Source: Bacteroidales bacterium
Lineage (GTDB): Bacteria > Bacteroidota > Bacteroidia > Bacteroidales > JAADJA01
Reading direction: 5' to 3'
Assembly (NCBI GenBank): GCA_016933115.1
Contig: JAFGBL010000296.1
Span: forward strand, 1,170 to 65,169
Length of the DNA stretch: 64,000 nucleotides
The translations under genes and the position numbers were made by a program. A model generated the notes under the pieces. The model was not told the origin of the DNA and made no database searches. It saw only the letters and a program-made list of their open reading frames with translations. This document shows positions 46,866-55,781 of the stretch, in pieces (the first letter of the stretch is position 1; every line of letters starts with the position of its first letter).

Positions 46866-49800
46866 TTAATTGTTATTGCTCACTGGTTTCAATATCACCC
46901 CCACATTTTTCCTTCCGTCAATTCGCACTTCGACCGGATTATCAAATTGAATATGTTTCAAAAATTCATCTTCATAAACGGGTTCAAATTTACTTAAAAA
47001 ATTCAATTCATAATACCCATCATTGATATAAGGATTAATGGTAAAATATCCCACCCGGAATGATGTAAGATTTTGGAAAAAATGGGTCCCCTGGCTGGGG
47101 TCAATCCGGTAGTGTTCCAACCCTGACTCTACAATTACCCGGGCAAATGAAATCTGCGGCCATTTTACAGGTATACCCAACCAGGGATCTGTTGAACCCC
47201 AACGACCGGGGCCAACTAAAATATAATTCTTCTTTTCCCTGATAAATTTTTCATTCAATTTTCCAACCTGATGTGCTATTTCAGAATTTTTTGCCGGATC
47301 AAAACTTTCGGGCTTAACGTAAACAAAATCCCTTAAATTTTGAATAACTCCATTCCCTAAAGCCGATTGTGAATAAATGATTGTATCCTCTTTCTTTATT
47401 TTTTCGAGATCTACTAACATCGTTTCCCGGTTATCCACAATCGGGCGGATTTGCAACATATTAAAAATGCTTGGCTCATTCTTCTTTTTGCTCAGGTTAA
47501 CAGCAAATTCAATTTCCACCGGTTTATTCATTTCTTTCTGGCCTATTTTTAAGGCCATATCCAGTATATCAGCAAGTGGAAATACACCGTGCTGTAAAAT
47601 ATGGGTAAATGTAATCACCTTTTTACCTGGATATTGTACCCCATCTCTTAAAACCTCATTGTCAAAATCATAAGTTGAAGCTATTTGATTCAGCGACTGA
47701 TCTTTTTCCGCTTCATTTATTCTTAACTTCAATAAATTGGCACCATCGTCAAGTGATGGACTAAAACTTCCGGTATCGAGGTTCAAAGCATAGAAAATCC
47801 TTTGGGTTTCCCTCAATGCCATTTCAGGGGAAGTCAATTGAAGAATTTTTTTCGGATATTTTGGAGAAAAACGTAATGTCAACCCCCCATCAACGATATA
47901 TTTTCCCAAACCCAAAGCTACGCTTGCAATCCCGTCTTCAGGTTTTTCAGGCTCAATGGGATAAAAATTTATTGAACGTGCTACACCTGAAAACGTCGGG
48001 TAAAACCTGTTGCCATAACGGTTGCCACATACTTCCTGTAAGACGATCGCCATTTTTTCCTCGTCGATCACATTGGCTGTGGCAGACATATAAGCCTTGC
48101 TATCCCTGAAAAAAGCAGATGCATAAACACTCTTGACTGCATCCGAAAGCATTTCGATCATTTTCCGTTCATCATCCTGAATATTCGGAATCATGTAAGT
48201 GGAGTAAATACCAGCAAAGGGCTGGTAATGGGAATCTTCGAGCAAACTGGAAGACCGCACGGCGATAGGGTTCCTGATAACAGAAATAAAGGTGTACAAA
48301 TCTTCATGAATCCTGAATGGCAGCCGGGCAGCTACAAAGTGATCCAGGATTTGCTGGTCGGATAACTGTTCTGACAAAGCAATCCGATAGAGGTCATTTT
48401 CCTCCATAAACTCATCAAATACGTCGGTGCACAGCACTACGGTTTTAGGAATGGTCACAATCACGTCTTTATATCTGTCGAGTATTTTGTTCCGCATGAT
48501 CAGGGAATCCAGAAAAGCCAATCCTCTTGCCTTTCCACCAATCGATCCTTCACCAATACGGGTAAAAGTGAAATATTCGTCAAAACTTTCACGGTAAAAC
48601 TCGGCAATAACTCCCCTGGCCTTGTTCATCCTGAAGCTGGCGATCGCATCAAACATGAATTTTCTTACTTCATCCAGGTTTTTGAAATCCTGAAACCTCA
48701 AATCCCTGATCAAATCAGCGAGTGGAAATAATGCCCTGGCCCTGAACCATTTTGAAAAGTGATTCCTCGTAATATGGTATTCCAATGATTCATCGGGGAT
48801 CCGGAACAGGATTTCCTGGAATGACTTCAGATCGGCTGCCCGCATGATTTCCTTTCCGGTTTCAGGATTGATAAATACGAAATCGCCAAACGCAAAAAAT
48901 TCGAAAATAAAATTTCGCAATTCCAGCGATAGGGTTTTCGAGTGCTTATTGATAAATCCGACCCTTGTTTCTTTGGCCAGTTCTTCGCTTTCGGCATCCG
49001 ACGACTGCAACAGCAAAGGCATGAAACGATCATCTTTTTTAATATGCTGGCAAAGCTTGATCCCGGCTGTTTTATCCATATCACCATCCCGTTGATAGCT
49101 TAAATCCGTGATCACGCCCAGCATGTAATGCTTATATTTTTCGTAAAAATCAATTGCCTCTTCAAACGTTGTGGCGAGTAAAATTTTTGGCCTCCCGCGC
49201 ATCCTGAGCATTTTTTGGTGCTCGTTCAATCCTTCAGTCATGAATTTTAATGACTGCTTGAAAATGATTTTATAAATATTGGGAAGATAGCTTGAGTAAA
49301 ACCGGATGGAATCCTCTACCAGCAAAATTACCTGGACACCAACCTCTTTCACATCATGCTCAACATTCATTTTATCTTCTATCAGTTTAATGATCGCCAG
49401 AAGAATATCGGCATTACCCAGCCAACTGAAAATATAATCAATAGCGCTCAGGTCATCCTGGTTCAATTTTAAAGTAACTTTTCTCGAAAAGGGGGTCAAA
49501 ACAACAAATGGCTTGGATGGATATTTTATCTTAATTTGTTTGGCCAGGTCAAAAGTATCGGCTTCTTCAGCACTTAACATGGTAATGACCAAATCTATTG
49601 ATTCTTCCGATAATTTTTGAATTGCCTCTTCAGCCGAATTAGCAAGGATAAATTGCGGAGGATATCTCAGGTTAAGGGACACATATTCATTAAAGATCTG
49701 CTCATCAATCCTTCCGTCATCTTCAAGCATGAAGGCATCATAGGCGCTGGAGATCAGCAATACGTGATAAATCCTCTTTTTCATGAGGGTACTGAAGGAT

Positions 49801-49886
49801 GTATCGCTGAAATAGTATTTCGGAGCTTTGAGTGGGTTGGGCCTTTCCATTTGTCTATCATTCATTATTAAATTCACCAATTGCAA
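46866..49886 (-). CDS. Receiver-domain protein fused to a PEP/pyruvate-binding (PPDK_N ATP-grasp-like) domain
   Basis: Two receiver-like modules, the second with LLVEDS...GVITDL, then GEGSIGGKARGLAFLDSL and a long conserved C-terminal region. 1006 aa. Confidence 0.7.
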   Translation of the reverse strand: MQLVNLIMNDRQMERPNPLKAPKYYFSDTSFSTLMKKRIYHVLLISSAYDAFMLEDDGRIDEQIFNEYVSLNLRYPPQFILANSAEEAIQKLSEESIDLVITMLSAEEADTFDLAKQIKIKYPSKPFVVLTPFSRKVTLKLNQDDLSAIDYIFSWLGNADILLAIIKLIEDKMNVEHDVKEVGVQVILLVEDSIRFYSSYLPNIYKIIFKQSLKFMTEGLNEHQKMLRMRGRPKILLATTFEEAIDFYEKYKHYMLGVITDLSYQRDGDMDKTAGIKLCQHIKKDDRFMPLLLQSSDAESEELAKETRVGFINKHSKTLSLELRNFIFEFFAFGDFVFINPETGKEIMRAADLKSFQEILFRIPDESLEYHITRNHFSKWFRARALFPLADLIRDLRFQDFKNLDEVRKFMFDAIASFRMNKARGVIAEFYRESFDEYFTFTRIGEGSIGGKARGLAFLDSLIMRNKILDRYKDVIVTIPKTVVLCTDVFDEFMEENDLYRIALSEQLSDQQILDHFVAARLPFRIHEDLYTFISVIRNPIAVRSSSLLEDSHYQPFAGIYSTYMIPNIQDDERKMIEMLSDAVKSVYASAFFRDSKAYMSATANVIDEEKMAIVLQEVCGNRYGNRFYPTFSGVARSINFYPIEPEKPEDGIASVALGLGKYIVDGGLTLRFSPKYPKKILQLTSPEMALRETQRIFYALNLDTGSFSPSLDDGANLLKLRINEAEKDQSLNQIASTYDFDNEVLRDGVQYPGKKVITFTHILQHGVFPLADILDMALKIGQKEMNKPVEIEFAVNLSKKKNEPSIFNMLQIRPIVDNRETMLVDLEKIKKEDTIIYSQSALGNGVIQNLRDFVYVKPESFDPAKNSEIAHQVGKLNEKFIREKKNYILVGPGRWGSTDPWLGIPVKWPQISFARVIVESGLEHYRIDPSQGTHFFQNLTSFRVGYFTINPYINDGYYELNFLSKFEPVYEDEFLKHIQFDNPVEVRIDGRKNVGVILKPVSNNN

Positions 49887-49958
49887 AAGTACAAATATCC
49901 AACCGGTAATTTGTATTTACATTAATACGCATTAAACCTTAATGCTTTACACTTCTAA

Positions 49959-50085
49959 TGCTTAGGGCGAAAGTTTGTGGGATGGCATCCATGCCTTAAC
50001 GGAAGGCCTTCGGACTGATCCTTTACTCCGCTGATGCGACACGAAAGCGAAGCCTCTATGACGCAGTTGAGGAGGCATTTAAGCA
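49959..50085. ncRNA. Candidate structured RNA of unknown class in a 290-nt divergent intergenic region
   Basis: About 52 percent G+C by hand count against AT-rich flanks. A 7-bp closing helix tgcttag/ttaagca encloses several possible hairpins (gcctc..gaggc, cgct..agcg). I could not assign a class or a strand. Confidence 0.3.
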
Positions 50086-50176
50086 AATTACAATTCCCAT
50101 AAATAATTTCAACGATAATGTTGAAACAGGCCAAATATTTACTATATTTGAATATCTTCAAAAAAAGGAGGATGTC

Positions 50177-50908
50177 ATGATCAATCAAACCTATGCCGGA
50201 GAAATTGGCTCAAGCAATGTTTTCGAAAGATATTTCAGTGAAATCTTAAGTGAACGCAAAGCCAGTCTCATTGAAACAGGCCCATATATTTCCATTTCCC
50301 GGGATTTTGGATGTATGGCAAATTCAATAGCTCAAAAACTGGCACTTGAACTCACCAAAAAGAACAAAAATCTCGGTATAAAAACACCATGGAAATGGAT
50401 CAATAAGGTAATTCTGGAAGAATCGGCGAAAGCGCTTGATCTGACTCCATCAAAAATTGAATATGTTTTTCAGTCGAAAAGAAAAACCATGATGGATGAA
50501 ATTGTCGGAGCCATGTCGACACGCTATTATAAAAGCGATAAAAAAATCCGAAATACCATTACAGAGGTGATCCGTTCAATTGCAAAAACAGGCAATGTAA
50601 TTATAGTTGGCAGAGGTGGTGTTGCATTCAGGAAAGATAATCCTCACTCTCTGCATATCAAATTAACTGCCCCGATTGAATGGAGGGTGGACAGGATAAG
50701 TAAAAACTATAATAAAAGCCGAGAGGAAGCCCTACGGTATATCCTGGAAATAGATCTTGAACGAAAGTACCTTATTGACAGCTTTGTGGGATACGAAACC
50801 GATTGCTCCATTTTTGACATAACATTTAATCGTCAAACAATTGAAGAGGATGAGATCGTTTCGATCATTCTGAACCTGGCTGAATCCCGGAAATTGATTA
50901 AAAGATAG
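50177..50908 (+). CDS. Cytidylate-kinase-like family protein (P-loop-related, AAA_18/Cytidylate_kin2 type)
   Basis: GPYISISRDFGCMANSIAQKLA... and ...IIVGRGG, 243 aa. Confidence 0.6.
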   Translation: MINQTYAGEIGSSNVFERYFSEILSERKASLIETGPYISISRDFGCMANSIAQKLALELTKKNKNLGIKTPWKWINKVILEESAKALDLTPSKIEYVFQSKRKTMMDEIVGAMSTRYYKSDKKIRNTITEVIRSIAKTGNVIIVGRGGVAFRKDNPHSLHIKLTAPIEWRVDRISKNYNKSREEALRYILEIDLERKYLIDSFVGYETDCSIFDITFNRQTIEEDEIVSIILNLAESRKLIKR

Positions 50909-51415
50909 TTAATTTACTTTAAACTTAAATTTAACTGTTGCAAGTTCTTCGTTGGCTTTAACTATTTTTTCTTTTAAATCTTCCTTAAACTGATTCACTT
51001 TGGCAGCCAATTTTTCATCCCCGATCGAAAGCATCTGTGCTGCAAGAATTCCGGCATTTCTGGCACCGTCAATTCCGACAGTGGCTACCGGTATACCAGG
51101 AGGCATCTGCACAATGGACAGCAATGAATCCATTCCATCCAATGTGGCATTGATGGGAACTCCAATAACCGGTAAAGATGTCATGGCTGCAATAACCCCC
51201 GGCAAATGGGCCGCCATTCCTGCGCCGGCAATAATAACCCTGATCCCTCTCCGGTAGGCTGATTTAGCGAAAATTTCAACCTTCTCCGGTGTCCGGTGGG
51301 CCGATAGTGCATTCATTTCAAAGGGAATCTCCAGTTCGTCCAAAACTTTTGCCGCTCCTTCCATTACCTTTAAATCGGAAGTGCTACCCATGATGATACT
51401 TACTTTTGGTTCCAT
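50909..51415 (-). CDS. purE: 5-(carboxyamino)imidazole ribonucleotide mutase
   Basis: VSIIMGSTSDLKVM, SAHRTPEK and GAGMAAHLPG. Confidence 0.92.
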   Translation of the reverse strand: MEPKVSIIMGSTSDLKVMEGAAKVLDELEIPFEMNALSAHRTPEKVEIFAKSAYRRGIRVIIAGAGMAAHLPGVIAAMTSLPVIGVPINATLDGMDSLLSIVQMPPGIPVATVGIDGARNAGILAAQMLSIGDEKLAAKVNQFKEDLKEKIVKANEELATVKFKFKVN

Positions 51416-51441
51416 ATTTTTAATATTTGATTAATCCGGCT

Positions 51442-51449
51442 CAAAATTA
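51442..51449 (-). promoter_or_regulatory. Candidate -7 box for purE
   Basis: Reads TAATTTTG on the minus strand, 26 nt upstream of the ATG. Confidence 0.35.
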
Positions 51450-51480
51450 AATATTTAATCCCGCGTTTCTGCATAGTTTG

Positions 51481-51488
51481 TATTTTTG
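51481..51488 (+). promoter_or_regulatory. Candidate -7 box for hpt
   Basis: TATTTTTG, 20 nt upstream of the ATG. Confidence 0.35.
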
Positions 51489-51508
51489 TTTAAATTAATT
51501 GAATTTTT

Positions 51509-52048
51509 ATGGAGTTCATTCAAGTACACGATAAAACGTTTTCAAAATTTATAAAAGCGGAGAAAATTCAGGAAGCAGTTGAAAAAATTGCCATTAAAAT
51601 CACCCATGACATGAGAGGCCAAAACCCTTTATTTTTGGTCGTTCTGAATGGCGCCTTTATTTTTGCAGCAGATCTGCTAAAACAAATCAATATTCCCTGT
51701 GAGATCTCGTTTGTAAAATTGTCCTCTTATATCGGAACCAAAACAACTTCGGTTGTCAGAGAGCTGATCGGACTCGATGAAGTCCTTACGGATCGTTCTG
51801 TTGTGATTATTGAAGATATTATCGACACAGGAATCACCATGGGTGTGACCGTTGATAAACTAAAAAAACTGGAAGCAAGGGATGTCAAAATTGCCACATT
51901 GCTTTTTAAACCCGAGGCATTTAAAATGAACTATGAGATTGATTATGTGGGCATTGAAGTTCCAAACGATTTTATTGTTGGTTATGGGTTGGATTATAAT
52001 GGTCATGGGAGAAACTACCCTGACATTTACAAGATAGTTGAAAGCTAG
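51509..52048 (+). CDS. hpt: Hypoxanthine phosphoribosyltransferase
   Basis: The PRPP loop VVIIEDIIDTGITM and FIVGYGLDY. Confidence 0.9.
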   Translation: MEFIQVHDKTFSKFIKAEKIQEAVEKIAIKITHDMRGQNPLFLVVLNGAFIFAADLLKQINIPCEISFVKLSSYIGTKTTSVVRELIGLDEVLTDRSVVIIEDIIDTGITMGVTVDKLKKLEARDVKIATLLFKPEAFKMNYEIDYVGIEVPNDFIVGYGLDYNGHGRNYPDIYKIVES

Positions 52049-52054
52049 ATCAAA

Positions 52055-53044
52055 ATGAGCAGTCCGAATTTCGTCGATTATGTGAAGATTTTTTGCCGTT
52101 CGGGAAACGGCGGTGCAGGTTCTGCCCACTTTCTGAGAACCAGGACGAACCCCAGGGGCGGCCCGGATGGAGGCGATGGAGGCAGGGGTGGAAATATTAT
52201 CCTCAAAGGGAATCAGCAACTCTGGACTTTGCTTCATCTTAAATATACCAAACACATTCATGCAGAAAACGGTCAGTCGGGTATGCGAAATTTGAAGACC
52301 GGAGCAGGTGGTAAAGATATTATTCTTGAAGTCCCCCTGGGTACGGTTGCCAGGGATGCTGAAACCAATGATTTTTTATTTGAAATTACCCATAACGGTG
52401 AGACAAACATCCTGGTCAAGGGAGGTCGGGGAGGATTGGGCAATGACCATTTTAAATCTGCAACAAACCGGGCACCCAAATTTGCTCAACCGGGTGAACC
52501 CGGAATTGAAGCATGGTACATTCTGGAATTGAAAATTCTTGCAGATGTCGGACTGGTGGGATTCCCAAATGCGGGTAAATCAACTTTGTTATCAGTGATT
52601 TCAGCCGCAAAACCTGAGATTGCCGATTATCCGTTTACGACCCTCACACCCAATCTCGGATTGGTAAGGTACCGGGACGACCGTTCATTTGTGGTCGCAG
52701 ATATTCCGGGCATCATTGAAGGTGCTCATGAGGGAAAAGGCCTCGGGCTAAGGTTCCTGAGACATATCGAAAGAAATTCTGTACTGTTGTTCATGATTCC
52801 GGTGGATTGTGACAATATCAAAAATGAATACGACATTTTGCTGAAAGAACTCCGGTTGTACAATCCTGAACTGCTTGATAAATCAAGAATCCTGGCTATC
52901 ACAAAATCAGATTTACTGGATGATGAATTGATAATGGAAATGAAGAATGAATTACCAGATGTTTCTAATGTCTTTATTTCTTCTGTGTCAGGATCAGGAT
53001 TAATGAAATTAAAGGATATGCTTTGGGAAAGTTTAACAAGTTAA
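52055..53044 (+). CDS. obg: GTPase Obg/CgtA
   Basis: Gly-rich Obg fold ([18 protein letters not shown]), G1 GFPNAGKST and G3 DIPG. Confidence 0.92.
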   Translation: MSSPNFVDYVKIFCRSGNGGAGSAHFLRTRTNPRGGPDGGDGGRGGNIILKGNQQLWTLLHLKYTKHIHAENGQSGMRNLKTGAGGKDIILEVPLGTVARDAETNDFLFEITHNGETNILVKGGRGGLGNDHFKSATNRAPKFAQPGEPGIEAWYILELKILADVGLVGFPNAGKSTLLSVISAAKPEIADYPFTTLTPNLGLVRYRDDRSFVVADIPGIIEGAHEGKGLGLRFLRHIERNSVLLFMIPVDCDNIKNEYDILLKELRLYNPELLDKSRILAITKSDLLDDELIMEMKNELPDVSNVFISSVSGSGLMKLKDMLWESLTS

Positions 53045-53057
53045 TCATAAAATCGCT

Positions 53058-53106
53058 GGTTCGGATTTTGAACATTGGATTTTTTGAGCGTCGGGTAATC
53101 CGAACC
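53058..53106 (+). repeat. REP-like hairpin (ggttcggatt ... aatccgaacc)
   Basis: A 10-bp perfect stem around a 29-nt loop. It shares the ttcggatt/aatccgaa arms with the two 72-nt repeats. Confidence 0.6.
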
Positions 53107-53208
53107 CAAATAAGGCTGGATTTGAAATCCGGAACGAATTTAAAAAAGGCTTGCTGAATTTAGAATTAATGGGAAGAGTAATTTCTTTTATAAAAACAGA
53201 ATTGATCC

Positions 53209-53280
53209 AGGGATTATAAATCCCACGCTATTAACTTTCGGATTAGCCACCACAAAATCACACATTATAATCCGAAAGAG
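53209..53280 (+). repeat. 72-nt REP-like element, copy A
   Basis: It has two hairpins, gggatt-N3-aatccc and ttcggatt-N25-aatccgaa. It matches copy B at 50 of 55 positions outside a 17-nt variable loop. Confidence 0.75.
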
Positions 53281-53296
53281 TTTTAAACTTTTTTAA

Positions 53297-53869
53297 ATGT
53301 TAGAAATATTAAATATCTGGGACATCCAACTTTTTCTATTCCTCAATGGAATGCACAATTCTTTTTGGGATGTAGTTATGTTTTGGTTAAGCAACAAATT
53401 TATTTGGATTCCACTTTACTTGTTTTTCATTTACCTGCTTGCTAAATTTTATAAGAAAGAAGCCATATGGATTAGCCTTGTCCTGATTATTCTGATTGCT
53501 ATTACCGACCAATTGTCTGTCCATTTATTTAAAAATATTTTTGAACGGTTGCGGCCTTGCCATGAGCCTTCATTGGAAGGCATGGTACATATTGTATATG
53601 GTAAATGCGGAGGCCAATTCGGATTTGTTTCTTCGCATGCAAGCAATCATTTTGCGATGGCTATATTCCTGTCCGGCTTTCTTGGAAAAAAGATCAGGTA
53701 TTTTACACCTTTGATATTCCTGTGGGCATTTATCATTTCTTACAGCAGGATTTATCTCGGAGTCCACTATCCCGGAGATGTGGCCGTCGGAGGTCTTTTT
53801 GGCGCCAGTGTAGGGGTTTTAATCAATAAAGTATACTTTACCATACGAAAGGAACTCATCTCTTCTTAG
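53297..53869 (+). CDS. PAP2-family phosphatase (undecaprenyl-diphosphatase/lipid phosphatase type)
   Basis: PAP2 motifs KNIFERLRP, SFVSSHASN and SRIYLGVHYPGDV, with 5-6 TM segments. Confidence 0.85.
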   Translation: MLEILNIWDIQLFLFLNGMHNSFWDVVMFWLSNKFIWIPLYLFFIYLLAKFYKKEAIWISLVLIILIAITDQLSVHLFKNIFERLRPCHEPSLEGMVHIVYGKCGGQFGFVSSHASNHFAMAIFLSGFLGKKIRYFTPLIFLWAFIISYSRIYLGVHYPGDVAVGGLFGASVGVLINKVYFTIRKELISS

Positions 53870-54176
53870 TGGCTGTAAATTCTTCTTATATTATTTTTGC
53901 AATTTTTTCTAACCGCATCGTTTTTCGCCTGTTTTCTGTACTTTAATAGGATTCAAAAAATAGCCATTGACAATGAGGTTATTATATTCAATTTTTTCTA
54001 TTTTTAAGTGTCCCAGCATGATGTTGAATTTAACCCCGGTTTGATCAAAAATTAATCCCGTCAGGGAATAAATATGGGTAGCTGATTGCAAGGCCAAAAT
54101 CTATCCCGTCCCGTAGGGAACGAAATAATATCTTCTCAATTCATTTCTACCCAAATCAAGTGCCTTAAGGCACATT

Positions 54177-54478
54177 TTAACATTCTTCGCAATAATCCAC
54201 AGGTTTGAAATTGCATAATTCATCATATGGCACCTCAAATCTTTCAAGAAATTCCAGATACTCTTCAATAAATGTCTTTCTGCAATGATGCATTTTTTGA
54301 TCTTTGATGTAATCGATAACATTATCAACCTGCGATTTGCTGCATGAAAATCCATCATATCCCTAAGCCGCTGATTCGGATTTGTGAAAAGGCCTTTTTC
54401 AGTGCAGGATAATCCGATTCCAAATAATGGTAGATTTGCAATCCGCAATTGAATGTGTGATTTGAAGACCATTAAAAA
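54177..54478 (-). pseudogene. Truncated, stop-interrupted remnant of a REP-associated tyrosine transposase (RAYT, IS200/IS605 Y1 family)
   Basis: One minus-strand frame reads ...IADCKSTIIWNRIILH*KRPFHKSESAA*GYDGFSCSKSQVDNVIDYIKDQKMHHCRKTFIEEYLEFLKRFEVPYDELCNF.... This matches the conserved RAYT C-terminus. The N-terminal HUH half is missing. Confidence 0.65.
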
Positions 54479-54488
54479 GAATGGTAAA

Positions 54489-54560
54489 AGGGATTTAAAA
54501 TCCCACGTTATCAACATTCGGATTAGCCACCGCGATGGCTTACTCTGAAATCCGAAAGAG
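54489..54560 (+). repeat. 72-nt REP-like element, copy B
   Basis: A direct repeat of copy A, immediately adjacent to the RAYT remnant. Confidence 0.75.
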
Positions 54561-54705
54561 CGAGGATAATAGTTTGGATTGTTAACTACCTTAAAGAACT
54601 CTTAAAATTCAATATTGAGATTGCTTCGTCATACCTCACACTACCCAGCCTAATTTCCTCGCAATGACGATTAAATTGAGCTATTACCAGTGTCTTGTAA
54701 TTTTT

Positions 54706-54872
54706 GCTCTAAGCCCTTTACTTTATGCCCTTCGCCCTTCGCCCTTTGCCCTAAGCTCTATCCTCCCTGCCCTTCGCTCTATGCTCCAAGCTCCCGCCCT
54801 TCGCCCTTTGCTCTTTGCTCTATGCTCTTTGCCCTAAGCTCTATGCTCTATGCTCCCTGCCCTTCGCCCTCA
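54706..54872. repeat. Degenerate heptanucleotide tandem repeat, ~24 units of GCYCTWY
   Basis: Units by hand parse: gctctaa gcccttt ... gcccttc gcccttc gcccttt gccctaa gctctat ... gctctat gctctat gctccct gcccttc gccctca. One unit is 6 nt. Confidence 0.8.
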
Positions 54873-54885
54873 AAACCAGATCCTG

Positions 54886-55347
54886 CTAATATCCGTAAGC
54901 CTTTCCCTCAAACTTCTCCACCACCACCTTAAAAACATTGACATCCTTCACTGCCGGTGCATTATAACTGAACTCCCTATCCGTATACTGGCTCATAATG
55001 ACATTTAATGCATCTACCTTCTGATCATAATCTTCTATGAAAACAACCTTCCCAAAAGCCACAACACTTCTGTATTTCATGCCATAGCTGCAGGCTACCT
55101 TTTCGCTTTGCCAACGCAGTTCATGATCGGTACTGAAAGCAACACAAACCTGGTTGTTCTTTTGCAAAATATCTATTTTCTTGCCTGTCTGTGCTGAATG
55201 TAGAAATATTTCACCTGATTTATATCCGAAATTCATAGGAATCACATAAGGATTTCCCGATGTATCAACCATACCCATGTAACAAGCATCACACTTTTTG
55301 ATGACCCGATCAATTTCTTCCTGAAGATGAAGAATTCTGCTTTTCAT
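54886..55347 (-). CDS. Pyridoxamine 5'-phosphate oxidase-family flavoprotein (NimA/Pyridox_ox_2-like)
   Basis: A 153-aa protein with CYMGMVDTSGNPYVIPMNFGY...IFLHSA..GKK, typical of the split-barrel FMN-binding fold. Confidence 0.7.
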   Translation of the reverse strand: MKSRILHLQEEIDRVIKKCDACYMGMVDTSGNPYVIPMNFGYKSGEIFLHSAQTGKKIDILQKNNQVCVAFSTDHELRWQSEKVACSYGMKYRSVVAFGKVVFIEDYDQKVDALNVIMSQYTDREFSYNAPAVKDVNVFKVVVEKFEGKAYGY

Positions 55348-55697
55348 GATTTGGATGGTTTATCGGTTGCGGCAATTCCAAGCAAATAAGATATGACTGA
55401 CAATATGATACTAAATAGCAATGCCCACCAAAAGCCGTCCACATAAAAACCGGGAACCATGCTGGAAGCCAGTAAAATTATTATCGCATTGATGACAAGC
55501 AGGAACAGGCCCAATGTGAGGATGGTGATGGGAATGGTAAGAATGACAAGTATAGGTTTTAATATACCGTTTAATATTGCAAGTATAACGGCAACGATTA
55601 TTGCCGATAAAAAATCACGGATATGTACACCCGGTAAAATATAGGTTGTCATAATGACCGCCAATGCCGACAGTAATATTCGTAAAATAATATTCAT
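55344..55697 (-). CDS. DUF360/phage-holin-4-like small membrane protein (YvlD-like)
   Basis: A 117-aa protein with 4 TM segments and LNGILKPILVILTIPITILTLGLFLLVINA. There is a 4-nt overlap with the downstream gene. Confidence 0.7.
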   Translation of the reverse strand: MNIILRILLSALAVIMTTYILPGVHIRDFLSAIIVAVILAILNGILKPILVILTIPITILTLGLFLLVINAIIILLASSMVPGFYVDGFWWALLFSIILSVISYLLGIAATDKPSKS

Positions 55698-55718
55698 AAA
55701 CTGATGCGTTTTTATATA

Positions 55719-55755
55719 AAAAAGCTTTATCCCGGATACCGGGATAAAGCTTTTT
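55719..55755 (-). terminator. Terminator hairpin ending the surface-protein operon
   Basis: A 17-bp perfect stem around an ata loop, 27 nt after the stop of 55782..56006, with T-rich sequence following on the minus strand. Confidence 0.75.
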
Positions 55756-55781
55756 CGTTGATTAAAATCTATGAATATCGA

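Noticed and set aside
49955-50188. 77-aa minus-strand ORF in the 46866/50177 intergenic region; also tried SRP RNA, RNase P, tmRNA, c-di-GMP-I and Moco riboswitch identities for the GC-rich segment
   Set aside because: The ORF has odd composition and no motif. The RNA comparisons gave only short partial resemblances (for example CAGUCCGAAGG vs SRP CAGGUCCGGAAGG, without the AGCA loop), so no class is claimed.
53909-54097. 62-aa minus-strand ORF between the PAP2 gene and the RAYT remnant
   Set aside because: It has no recognisable motif, promoter box or conservation cue. It may be another gene remnant, but I cannot support a call.
54101-54517. 138-aa minus-strand ORF from the track
   Set aside because: A different frame of the same DNA gives a clear but stop-interrupted RAYT C-terminus. 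The long ORF reads as low-quality sequence and runs into REP copy B, so I treat it as an artefact over a pseudogene.
54690-54932. 80-aa plus-strand ORF rich in Pro/Cys/Ser/Leu (MSCNFCSKPFTLCPSPFALCP...)
   Set aside because: It is simply the translation of the heptanucleotide tandem repeat. It also overlaps the 3' end of the minus-strand flavoprotein gene and has no start context or domain.
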